Shown: positions 1 to 12,100 of the stretch, in pieces
Numbering within the stretch: position 1 is the stretch's first letter
Layout of the letters: every line of letters starts with the position of its first letter
NCBI GenBank assembly: GCA_050273025.1
Contig: CP158635.1
Coordinates: 124,001-188,000 of the forward strand
Length of the DNA: 64,000 bases
Source: Cenococcum geophilum
Taxonomy: Eukaryota
Reading direction: 5' to 3'
Notes under the pieces: model-generated
What the model saw: the letters and a program-made list of their open reading frames with translations, nothing else
What the model was told of the DNA's origin: nothing
Database searches by the model: none
Translations under genes and position numbers: made by a program

Positions 1-2324
1 CTATAGTACTTTATAACTATAAAGCAATTAACGCAGCACTAAATTCGTTAGGCCGAATACCTCTTATAATTTAACTTTAAGATTATATACTAACTGGGTA
101 AACTTAATTAGAAGCCTAACGTATTAATATAATAATTATAGGACTTACCTACAAATGCTTTAGATAAACGGATTATAAATTAATTACGGATCTTATTACC
201 CCCTAAACATTTTTAAAAAACTATATCCTATATTCCTAGATATAGAACTTAATAAAAATAAATTAGAAGTTAATAAATAGGAAATAGAAATTAATAAGCT
301 AATGGAATATAAATATAAGAATAATATATAGATAATAGATATAATAAAAGCGATTTAAATAGGAAAACGACAGCATAAGGATATTATACTCGCTAAATAC
401 GAAATTTAAAATAATTGATTGTACTATTAATAAAAGATAGTAGTTCTAAATTCCAAACCTTTACAATTTAAGATACTTAATTTCATATACAACTTCCCTA
501 TAGTAGGGCATCGTAGCTATATAAAGACTTATAAGATTATTTAATAAGTATATTATTAGCCTATAATATATAACTATGTATAAAAATACATTTAAGTATA
601 TAGGATGTGTATATATAGAAAAACCTCTTATATAAAGAAGTAAGGAGTACTTTAACTACTACCAATCCCAATGCAAAGATAGCGCGATATCTTAATTAAC
701 TTTATAGTCGACTTGCCTAATAGTAACGGGTTCACAAATATTATAGTAGTTATTAACCATTTTATAAAAATGAGACATATAATACCTATAGACTTAATTA
801 ACGCAATATTAGTAGCCAAATATTTCGTTAAGCACGTCTTTAAGCTATACGGACTTTCTAACTTAATAATATCCAACTATAGAAGTTAGTTTATTTTAGG
901 CTTCTAGCAAGCAAATAAAAAAATAATTAAGTATTTAAATACAACTCTTGACTATATTTTATCTAGAAATAAATAGTTAAACTAAAATTGTAAACGCGAT
1001 TATAGAATAATACCTATAAATATACTGCTCCTACCTATAAGACGACTGGGAAAAATAGCTGCCTTTAGCTAAGTTTACTACAAATAATACAATAAATATA
1101 TTAATAGGCGTAACGCTGTTCTACGCGACCTATAAATAAGACCCTTAACTTAGATTTAAACTATAACCCGAAATTAATATAATAGGACCTATAATTAAAC
1201 GGATCCAGTTAATTAACGCGTATAACTTCACCAATTAAATAAAGCAATTGATGGAACTATTATAAAGTAAATTAATAAACGCTTAAATAGTATAGGAATG
1301 GCATATAAATAAAGAACAAGCTCCTGTATAGGACTTTAAGAAAGGTAATATAGCTTACCTAAATACACGAAATATACGGACTTAACGGCCCTTAAAGAAA
1401 CTTAATTAGAAGTTTATGGGCCTATACTAAATTAAGAAGAAACTAAGCCCATACGCCTATAAGCTTAAATGCTAACTAAGATAAAAATACACTTAGCGTT
1501 TTACGTAAGCTTATTATAACCTTTAAAAGATAATCCTATAACTCGCGAAGTGCTACTACTACCTCCTATAATTGTTAACAACGGTAACGGTTCTTACTTT
1601 ATTAACTTAATTAATAATATATAATAGAAAATACGATCTAAACGATTTAAACTTCTTGTTAAGTGGGAAGGATATAAAATATAAACTTGGGAAACCTATA
1701 ACTGGATTAAGGCTAATACGCCTTCTTTAGTAAAAGAGTTCTATAAGGACTATCCTTTATAGCCTACTCTAGCTAGATAAATACGATATAAAGGCAAATA
1801 ACTACTACCTAATATAAAGACACGAAATACAATAGTAGGAAACTTAAAATTAAAAAAAAACTTAAACTCTATTATAACGCTTATAAGGCAATAAGGTATA
1901 AATTCTTAACTAAATTAAATTGTTTTAGACCTTTAACTAAAGGGGGGGGGTACTATAATAGGACTAGCCCAGTTATAGTAGGAATATCTTAGTAAAACAC
2001 TTAATAGATAAATTCTAACGCTTTAATTAAATTCTGCCAAATTCTACTAAGTTAATTAAATTCTGCTAAATTCCGCCAACTTAATTAAATTCTACTAAAT
2101 TCTACTAATATAATAGAATTTAGTCGAAACCTATTAAAACCTATATGCGCTTATACCTACGCATCTACTGCTAAGACTCCTAAATATTTAGTTATAAGCT
2201 TCCTATATTCCTTTCTCTTCTTTATATAATATCTTATTCTCTATAAGAGCTATATACCCTTAAGTTTAGATAGAATTTATATTATTCCTTTAAATCTTCC
2301 CTAAAGTCTCTTCGCGCCCTTATA
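1..2324 (+). mobile_element. Gypsy LTR retrotransposon family A, copy 1 (3' part: RNaseH end, integrase, chromodomain, PPT, 3' LTR 1954-2324), RIP-degraded
   Basis: Closely homologous to 12680-14490. De-RIP integrase and chromodomain motifs (WRDISIDFIVDLP, LVKWEGY..TWEP). Purine tract at ~1939-1950 precedes an LTR homologous to 9139-9481 and 14830-15172. Confidence 0.92.
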
Positions 2325-4620
2325 GGGTATATAACCCTCCTTAGCTCCTATTTCATCTTCTATAAGTTATCTTTTTAGTCTATATATTTAGTATAGCGTC
2401 TAATATTCCTTACTATTCTCTATAGTTATATAGGGCCTAAGCTAGCTAGCTTATTACTAACTTCCTAGGTTTTTAGTACCAGTGGCGTAATATTAGTAGT
2501 TTAGGGGCGGTGTAGTATATAGACCCGTTATAGATTAAGCTATATATCTTTCTTAAAGGCCTGGTCCCTATATATAGCATTAGCCTAGTAAATAGTGTCT
2601 ACCTATAGTTATATAAGGTTTTCTATTATAATACTAATTTCCTTTATAAAGGAAGGTATTAAGGGTAGAGTTTTAGGCTAGATAAGCCGTCTACTCTATA
2701 TATTAAGCTATAAGCCTAAATAGGCTAGCTATTTTCTTTTTAAAATTATATTATAGCTTCCTAGGTCCGTAATAAATAAGGGAATATTATACTGCCTTTA
2801 TCCGTTAACATGGAGGTAAATCCGCAAAATAGTTATAATAGGTGGCCCTATCTGTCCGTTATACCTACAAATGGGAATTAGTTTAGGTAGTTCTTTAATA
2901 AGTACATTAAAAAAGTTAGCTAGCTTTACAGTATACTAGGTATCTATTAAGGTAAAAGTATTTACTCTAAAGTTAGCTAAAGTAGAGGTTAAAACTTAAT
3001 ATCTATTGCGGAATAAAGTATAAGGGATAGTATAGCTTCTTCTACTAACTAGCCGACCTAGATTAATATATAATATATTAATCCCTTTTAACCCTAGAGA
3101 GGAGTCTTCCTCTAAGGTTTCTCTTTTTCTAACTTTATACTATCCTCCTAAATTAATAAAACCTTACCTACTTTTATATTTATTAGGTAATTCTTTATAA
3201 TATAGCCCTTCTGGCTATAAAAGAAGCAAGCTCCTTAATCGCTAAGGGCCTATATATAGGGGTTACTATATATAGGCTAAGTATTCGCTAGACCTATAGT
3301 AGGACTAGCTATATAGTTAGCCGCTAAATTAACAGTAGGCTATATAGCTAGTACTATAGGGGTTACGGATTGTACTAGGGCACTATAGGTTGTTTTTATA
3401 GTGCTTATAGTCTGGTTTAATAGGTTTCTAGTTTTATACTATTTGGTACGTACTTTAATTTAATAAAGGCCTTAGTTAATAGCTAGGTACTAGTTTATAA
3501 GTTCCTTTAGCGTCTATACTATAGTAAAAACTAGTAATATGGCGTACTATAGGTCTAGGGTAAGCTTATTAAAGAGGTTTAGTATTAGGTCTTTATAAGG
3601 AATATAGGCTTAGCTAGCTAGGTATAGGAAGCGGGTCTAAAAGGCTAAAAAGGTCTCCGTTGTTTTTATATTAAGGGCTTTATAATTAAGGCGGGCGTTT
3701 TATATCTTAAAGGGGTCCTTATAAATAGAAGATAGGTAGTTAATTATCTCTTTTCTAGAGAGGAAGGGGTCTACTAAATCCTAGGCGTACCGCGGACGTA
3801 GGTGCGTCTATATATCCCCACTAGTGCGGCCGAAGACGTAGGCTATCTTAGCTTAAGCAGTAGGAAAGTGCTCTGTATTAACTTTAAGCTTATCTTATAG
3901 TTAAAGCTTCTAATTATTAAATATAGGATTGGTTCCGTTTATAAGTAATAGGGGGTCCGCGACCTTTGCGGACCGCGATAATACTAGTACTATATATTAG
4001 GCTAGGGTATTAAGGACTATAGCAAGTCTCTAGGTGTCTAATAACTCCTTACTAGGTATAGGGGTGTCTCTAGTTTTAAGTAGTTCTTAAAGTCGTTTAA
4101 TTTCAGTATTAGCTGCTATAAGCTCTACCTAGGGGTTCGAGTTAGTCGCTATTTTACTATTAGAGGTATTTAAAGGTCCTATAGCTGCTTTGCCAGCTAC
4201 TATATTTCTTAGTATAGTAGTAGGGGTATTAAGTAATTTCTGGTGTTTATTTATTTTTTAGGAGTTTTAGTCTATACGTGTCCTATTCTATAGGTCCGTA
4301 TTTTATTTATATTCCTTTAGTTCTATCCCGTCCTTAGGGTCCTATTTTATATCCTTATCCTATTTATAGTCCGTAGATATATTTAAATTCCTTCTTAGGA
4401 AGAAAGAGTAGTAATAAGCTTTAAATAATGTTAGCGACTTAGTCAATTAAGACATAAGTATAGTAAGAGGGTTGCGCAAGCCTATATAATTGGATTGTCT
4501 ATAAACAAAGATCTAAAGCTAGAGAAAGGAAAGGAGAAGAATAGAAGCACTGCTTAAAGTTATACACAATCTTCTAGTTACGTAATAGTAATCTAACAGC
4601 AATTTGCTAGTACCGTAATA
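2325..4620 (-). mobile_element. Gypsy family B-related element, 5' part (5' LTR 4429-4620, gag, protease), cut on the left by family A copy 1
   Basis: Reverse complement is homologous to ~54435-56540. The 192-bp LTR recurs in + orientation at 5215-5406 and shares its 3' half with the LTRs at 54208-54434 and 59961-60187. Confidence 0.88.
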
Positions 4621-5214
4621 GACTTCAATATAGGAGATAAGGTATAGGTATTAATAAAGAACTAAAAGACCTAGAGGCTAAGCTATAAGCTAGACTACTA
4701 AATAGCTAGCCCCTATAAGATCCTTAAGATCCTTAAGAAAGTAGGGCACTCTTTTAAGGTTAAGCTATTAGAGTTAATAAAGATCTACCCTATCTTCTCT
4801 CTAAACTAACTATAGAAGGCTATAGACAACCTATTACCTAGATAGTATAATAACCCCCTACTATTAATTTAGATTATAGAGGATAAGGAATATAAAGTTA
4901 AAGAGATCTTAGTAGTTAAGAAGGACTATAGTACCTTAAAATACTATATAAGCTAGGTAGGTTATAATAAAGACCTAAAATAGTACCCCGTATTTAATTT
5001 TAAGTACTCTCTCTATAAGCTATAAGATTTCTACCTAGCCTACCTAGATCTCCCTAGACTACTATATAAATTAGATAGCTAGATTAAGTGCTAGGAAGAG
5101 GGGTTAGATAACTATAATAATTTAAATAATAATAAAGAACTTAGATAAAGCCTAAAACTAGGCTTTTTTAGGAGGGGGGGGTAATATAATAGTACTAGAG
5201 TATATTACCTACTA
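4621..5214 (+). mobile_element. 3' end of Gypsy family H (integrase C-terminus, chromodomain, PPT 5171-5184, first 30 bp of LTR 5185-5214)
   Basis: De-RIP reading DFNVGDKVWVSTKNWK...LDHQMAGPYKIL. 5185-5220 matches the reverse complement of 19048-19083, the start of the H 5' LTR. Confidence 0.85.
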
Positions 5215-5406
5215 TATTACAGTACTAGCAAATTGCTATTAGATTGCCATTACGTAACTAGAAGATTGTATATAACTTTAAGCGGTACTTCCGTTCTTCT
5301 CCTTTCCTTTCTCTAGCTTTAGATCCTCGTTTATAGATAATCCATTTATATAGGCTTACGCGATCCTCTTGCTGTGCTTATACCTTAATTAACTAAGTTG
5401 CTAACA
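5215..5406 (+). repeat. LTR of the family B-related element (192 bp), inverted partner of 4429-4620
   Basis: Same length as and highly similar to the reverse complement of 4429-4620. Followed by AAGTC, the reverse complement of GACTT flanking 4620. Confidence 0.9.
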
Positions 5407-8404
5407 AAGTCTACCTTGTAATAATATTAGTTTATATCGGCCTCTTTCTTCTCTTATATTTTTTTTATAATTACTTAGGTAGTCTCCTAGGCTCTATATA
5501 TTCTTTTAGCAAATATCTAGGCCTCTTTATAGCTAAGGCGTTTACGGGCTATTATAGGTCCTATAGGTCTATCCTAATTAAAGGATGTTTATAGCTTATA
5601 TCTATAGAGTAACTTAAATAGTAATATTCCTATACTATTATAAGGGAGTATAAGCTATATATAGTCTATTATAGGTAGTAGTTCTAACTAGTTATCCTAG
5701 TAGTAATTGATAAAGGGGCGAAGTCGCTAATTAAGATATTAGTTTATAATCTCGGTTTAGCTATTAGTCTAAGGGTAGAATATAGTAGAGAGCTTAATCT
5801 TAATCTAAAGGATATAGTAAAATTTGTTTTAGAAGTCTAATGTAAATTAGGGTCTATAGTTAGAGATAATTAACTTAGGAGCACTATAGATCTAGTAAAT
5901 GTTATTAACATATATATAGGCTATATCTTTTATAGTTATAGTCTTAAAGTAGGGGAGGGAAATAGCTTACTTACTTAGTTAGTTAACTACTATAAAGGCT
6001 ATATTATAGCTATATTTATCCTTTAAGAATAATTTAAAGTCTATTATAATATACTACTAAGGGCGTTTAGGAACTAGAAGTGGTTATAACTATCTAGGGG
6101 TTTAATCCCTAGGGGTATCTACCTATTTATAAGTATAATAATTTCTAATAAATTATTCTATATTGGATAGGAGTCCTTACTAGTAGTAGTAAGGCACTAG
6201 TAGTTAGTAGGTCTTATCTTAACTAGAGTACACTATAGAGACTTAATAGTAGGCTTTATAGATTAGCTCTATTTATATATTATTAATATCTAGAACTATA
6301 AGCCGTTCTTAGTATAAAAGTAGTCTATCTTCTATTTCTAAATTAGAGTTACCTTCTATAGCTTAATTATAGAGGGCTTTTAGGGATTTAGCTATATAGT
6401 TTGCAATTAAGATATAGTTAATTAGCCCTATTAGTTTATTTAGGATCTCTCCTTCTATAGGCGCTAGCTTATTCTATTTAAAGCTTAGTTCCTTAAAAAT
6501 ATATAGGTTAAGCTATTTAGAATAGAGGAGGGTATATATTTAGCACTAAGCCTTTAGCTTATCCTATAGTTCTATATCTTATTCTCTCTAGTTAAGGGTA
6601 TTAGCTTTAGAATTTTACCTACTAGAGTAGTATATAATTGTAAAGAAAAATTAGGAGAGTATTTTAGCCTATTTAGCCTATTAACTAATAACCTACTTTA
6701 TTATTATAAAATACTTAAGGGCTTTATAATTAGTATAGACTTTAATCTAAGAGTCTATAGTTCTAAGCTCTATATATTACTAGAATAACAATTATATAAT
6801 AGCTAGTATTTTCTTATTATAATAATAACTCTTTAATTAACGTCTAATATAGATCCTACTAGCCTATATAGACTACTCCGTTATAGGGGGAAAACTTATA
6901 ATTTATATAAAGAAAACCCTATAGTTAGGTTAGGGGAGGAAAAACCCTATAAGCCACCTTAGTAGGATAAAAAAACTCCAATTTGCTATATCCGTCCATA
7001 GTAGCGGCCCTATAGGCCTATAGCTACGTCCTATCCTCCTTAAATATTTAAACTTCTTAGAAACTACTACTTTCTTCTCTAGCTTATTAAAGCTAGGGTT
7101 TACTATATCCTAGCTAGGCCTTACTAATTAACTGCTATACTATTATTTCCTATATTTTAACTATCCCCTATATACTATTTCTTAAAGACCATTGCTATAT
7201 ACCCCTTCCTCCCCCCTACTAAAGCTTTTAAAGGCATAAGGGGGATTTATCTATAACTACTATTTGATACTAAAAGGCGAGCGGGATATATATATACTTT
7301 AAGTATCTTTTATACCTAGGCCCTAGTTACTAGACCCTCTCTAAAGGTACTACTCCGTTAAGAGAAGATAAGGAAAAACTATAGGGGGTTATAATCTAGG
7401 CTGCTAGATAGTATATTGCGGTAGTAAAATAGCAAGTAACTATATACTCTATAGGTAATTACCCTAGGGCAGGTAGTTATATAGTAAAGTTTAATATACC
7501 TAATTATCTAAGCCTCTACCCTAGTTTTCTAGTAGCTTTCCCTTATCTAGGCCTAAGGGCCTAGGGCTTTCTATAAGCAGTTAGCTACTACTACTACTTA
7601 TATAGGGAATTTTACTATTCTTTTAGGTATCTTATAATAGGTTACCTAAGTGCTAATCTACCCCCTAGCAGTCTATATAAAAGTCTTCTCCTAGAGTTAG
7701 TACGCTTTTATATAGCTTAGGAGCCTTCTATAGCCTCTAGTTTTACGCCTCTTTTTATTATTTCCGCTAGTATAGATATAAGCTGCTATTTATAGGGGTT
7801 ATAACTCCTATCTTATACGCCTACTAGCGTAATCCTATAAGGGTGTTATAGCTATATCCTATAATATAGAAGCCTTAGGTACCTTCTATAGTTAAGGCCT
7901 AAATAAAACCTCTTCCGCCTAAGTAACTCCTATTTACTCCTTAAGTATATCTTACTAGTAAGCCACCCTAGAGGTAAACAGTTCCGTCTATTAATATACT
8001 AATACGTATATCCGTTCTCTTAAGCTATATAGTAATCTCTTTAGTTAGGATATAATCCTACCTACCTACTAGGTACACTAAGGGTTAGAGCCTAGTTAAA
8101 GGGTAAGGTCCTTAAAGCTAGTAATAGCTACTACGTACTACGCCCTATAGGAGGCTAGTAGTAATATAGGTGCGTAATACCCTATATGCTTTTAGTTCCC
8201 GTTTTGTATTACCTATAAGGGTCTCCCTATAATAGGCTAACTATATCTTATAAAATAGGGTTATAGACTAGGTCCTACTAGGTAACCTACTCTACCCTAT
8301 TCTACTAACTAAGCTTATACCCCCCCCTTTTATAAGCTAGCCTATATCTCTAACTATTAAGTCCTTATCTAACTAGCCTATATTTCCCTTATAGCCTCCC
8401 CTAT

Positions 8405-8712
8405 ATATATATATATTAGGTTATATATACTACGCCTATTAAGACCCTCCTATAAGTCGCCTTATATATATACGTATTAGGTTGCGTATACTATACCTAT
8501 TAAAACCCTCCTATAAGTTACCTATAAGTTAAGCGCTATAGGGCCGTTAAAGCTAGCCTATGTTTCCGCTGCCTAGAGCTTTACCTATATTTCTACCTCG
8601 TTAAGCTATCTAGTCGCCATCGCGTTACTATTGCGTTACTATTATGTCGCTATCGCTGTTAATTAGGTCGTATATACTATGCCTATTAAGACCGTCTTTT
8701 AAGTTACCTAAG
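8405..8712. repeat. Internal ~60-bp imperfect repeats within the retroposon
   Basis: Unit like attaggttgcgtatactacgcctattaagaccctcctataagtcgcct at ~8414, ~8477 and ~8662. Confidence 0.7.
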
Positions 8713-9138
8713 TATACTAGATACTAGATAGGCCCTAATAAAGGGGCCTTAATAAGTTCTTTATAGTGGCCTTAGGGCCTTAATAAGTTTTGTATAAAGT
8801 ATTTATAATATGTTAACCTTAATAAGTTCTTATAAAAGGAGGATCCCTACGCCCTTATCGCATTCCCTTTATAATCTTAGAACTAGTATAAGCCTAAGGG
8901 TGTCCTATTATACGCCTAGGATGTATCTATATTAACTAGCTAGATAAGGCTAGTTTTAGGCCTAGCTATAAGCTAGGTAGTTATATATTGGGCAGTTTTT
9001 ATATCCTAGTTTTCCTTAATAGGCCTCCCTAAATAGTAGAATAAGAGCTGTTAGTAGAGGTAGTAAGGCTCCTAGTGTTATTAAGGGCGATACTTTATAC
9101 GCGTCGCGGGCTTATTACTATAGAGTTAAATAATAGCG

Positions 9139-12100
9139 TGTAATGGGACTAGCCTAGTTACAGCAGGAATGTCTTAGTAAAATACTTAATAGATAAATTC
9201 CGACGCTTTAATTAAATTCTACTAAATTCTGCCAGCTTAATTGACTTCTGCTAAGTTCTGCCAGATTAATTAAATTTTACTAAATACCGTTAAAGACCGT
9301 ATGTATATATGCGCACGTATCGACCACCAAGACCCCTAACTATTTATTTATAAGATTCTCTTATTATTTCTTTCTCTTCTTTACGCAACGTCTTATTCTC
9401 TATAAGAGCTATACCCTTAGATTTAGATAGAATTTATATTATTTCTTTAAATCTACCCTAAAGTCTCTTTATGCCCTTATATTATGTTGCGTTAATACTA
9501 CTACCCTTAAAATAGTAAACGAACTCAAATCCGCTACGTTAACTATTATAACCCTAGTTAGGGAATAAATAATTATAATATAACAGTCCTTTATAGATGC
9601 CTTAGCCTAGTAATAAGCTATACTAAAAGCCTAGTATTAGTAATTAATTAAAGTAATATGCAAAGAACTCTATAACGCTAAAGTACTCGCGTTAGAGACC
9701 CTAACAGTAATACCTGTAAATGAGATTAAAATAACTATATCTAAACCTGGCCTATTAAATATAAACCTTAAACTAGTAATAGTAATTTAACCTATATCTA
9801 TAATAAATCTAATACCCGTTATAAAATCTAAAAAGCTTCCTAACCCTTTAATATTTAATAGAAATTAAAATAATCTACATCCCTTTATAACCAAGCTCCG
9901 TCTAAAACTTTTAATAAACTATAACTAATACCCTACTAATGCTAGCAAAATTAGCTATAGAATGTCTTATTTAAATAAGGACGCTATATAAACTATAGAT
10001 CTATTCTTTTATAATAGCACCTTTATTAATTTTAAAATCTTTATCTCTCTGCTAGAAAGAATATATAATAACGCCAGCCGCAAATATATAGCTATTACTA
10101 AACTTAAAAACCTATGATAACAGAACCAAGACTTCACCAGCTTCTTTTTAGAATTTTTAGGCCTTATTAGTAAGCTAGATTGGAATAAAGCCGCTAAAGT
10201 TGCTACTCTTTAATAAGCTATTTTGGATGAGATTAGAGCCTAGTTAGTAGGTAGGGAACTGCTAAAAGACCTACCTAAATTCGCTATAATATGTTAGCGA
10301 ATTAATAAGGACCTTTGGTATAATAAATAGACTTATTCTTTAAAGTTAACTATACTTTACGTTTAAAACTCTATAAAACTGGTATATGCTCTAAAGCGCG
10401 ATCCTTTTTTAAGACCTAAAAGCCCTATATACAACCCTATAAATCTTAATGCTACCTAATTTTATATACCCTTAGGAACTAATAAATAAAGAACCTAAGC
10501 TATAAATAGAGAATGCTTTAAATGTGGTAAAAAAGGATATATCCAAAGGAATTACCAAACTTACCCTTTTAAAAAAGTCCGCTATAGTTCCTCCCGGTCT
10601 TCAAATTATATTTACTCCTTAACTTATACTTATTTTATAAATTATACTTAAACACTATAAAGCACCTTGCTTTTGGTTAAATTAGAAAACAAATTGTTTT
10701 AGGGCCAAGTCGCGCCTTAGGATAAAAAGTGGAAGAGTATAAGTATATAGGCTCTTTTAGAGCTAATACACGACACGACTCCCTTAATGTACTTAGCAAA
10801 ATTTAAATACTTAGAAAATAGAAGGAAGTATAAATCCTTATAGACAGCGGAGCTACTAGCATAGGCTTTATTAATACGAACTACACAAAAACTTAATGCC
10901 TAAATTTAAAGAAACTTAATAAGCCCTAAGGCCTATAAGGCTTTAACGGTAAACCCTTAATATATAGCGAACTAATGTACTATACTCTTATAAAATTGTA
11001 GATAGGCGAACACCTTAAATATATTTCCCTATTTATAACTCCCTTAAAGTATTATAAAATAATACTTAGATATAGATGGCTAAAACAACATAACCCTTTA
11101 ATTAGTTGGGTTAAAGAAATACTAAAGTTCCGTACAACCTACTGCTAAAGTTATTACTTAAAATACTACTTGCCCTACAAACATATATATAACTATTTAA
11201 ATTTAATATAATACGAATTGCCTTTACTATAAACTTTAAACTAATATAATAAAGCTATGACTACCAATTATAGTAAAGAATGTAAAGATGTTTCGTTAAA
11301 ACCTTTTAAAATTCGTATAATATAAGCCGCGCCCTTTATTTTATTAGTAAGAAAATAAGATTATGAAATTTTCGCTATAATAATAGAAGATATTAAGAAA
11401 GCGCTAGAACTAAAGCAATATATTAACCCTTAACCTTTTATACTTAAAGAGTACTATAATCTAATTAACAAATTTAAAAAACAATTTATAGACTAACTAG
11501 CCCCATACCGAGATAAGTATAATTTTAAGATAGAACTTAAGCCTAGTATAACACTAAAGTTCAGTCCGCTATACGGTATATTATAAGAAGAACTGCTTAT
11601 AATGTAATAATACCTTAACAAACATCTAGAAAAAGGATTTATTCGCCCTAGTTAATCTCTATTCGCCTTACCTGTACTATTTATTAAAAAGCTAGGAGAA
11701 GGCTTAAGGTTCTATATTAATTATTAAGCTTTAAATATAATTACAATTTGAAACTAATATCTAATTCCCCTAATTTAAGAGACGCTTAACTGTTTAGTGA
11801 AGGTATGGTACTTTATAAAGCTTAATATAGTTACTACCTTTAATAAAATCCGTATATATAAAGGAGATAAGAAGTATATAGCCTTTTATATATAATAGGG
11901 ACTCTTTAAATACCTAGTAATGCTGTTTGGCGTAAAGAATGGTCCTAGTACGTTTTAGTAATATATTAATAATACGCTTTATAAATTCCTTAATATATTT
12001 ATTACCGCGTATATTAATAATATTTTAATCTACTCGTCCTTACTTTCTAAATATTAGAAATATATTAGAATAGTTTTTAACTGCCTATAAGATACGGGCT

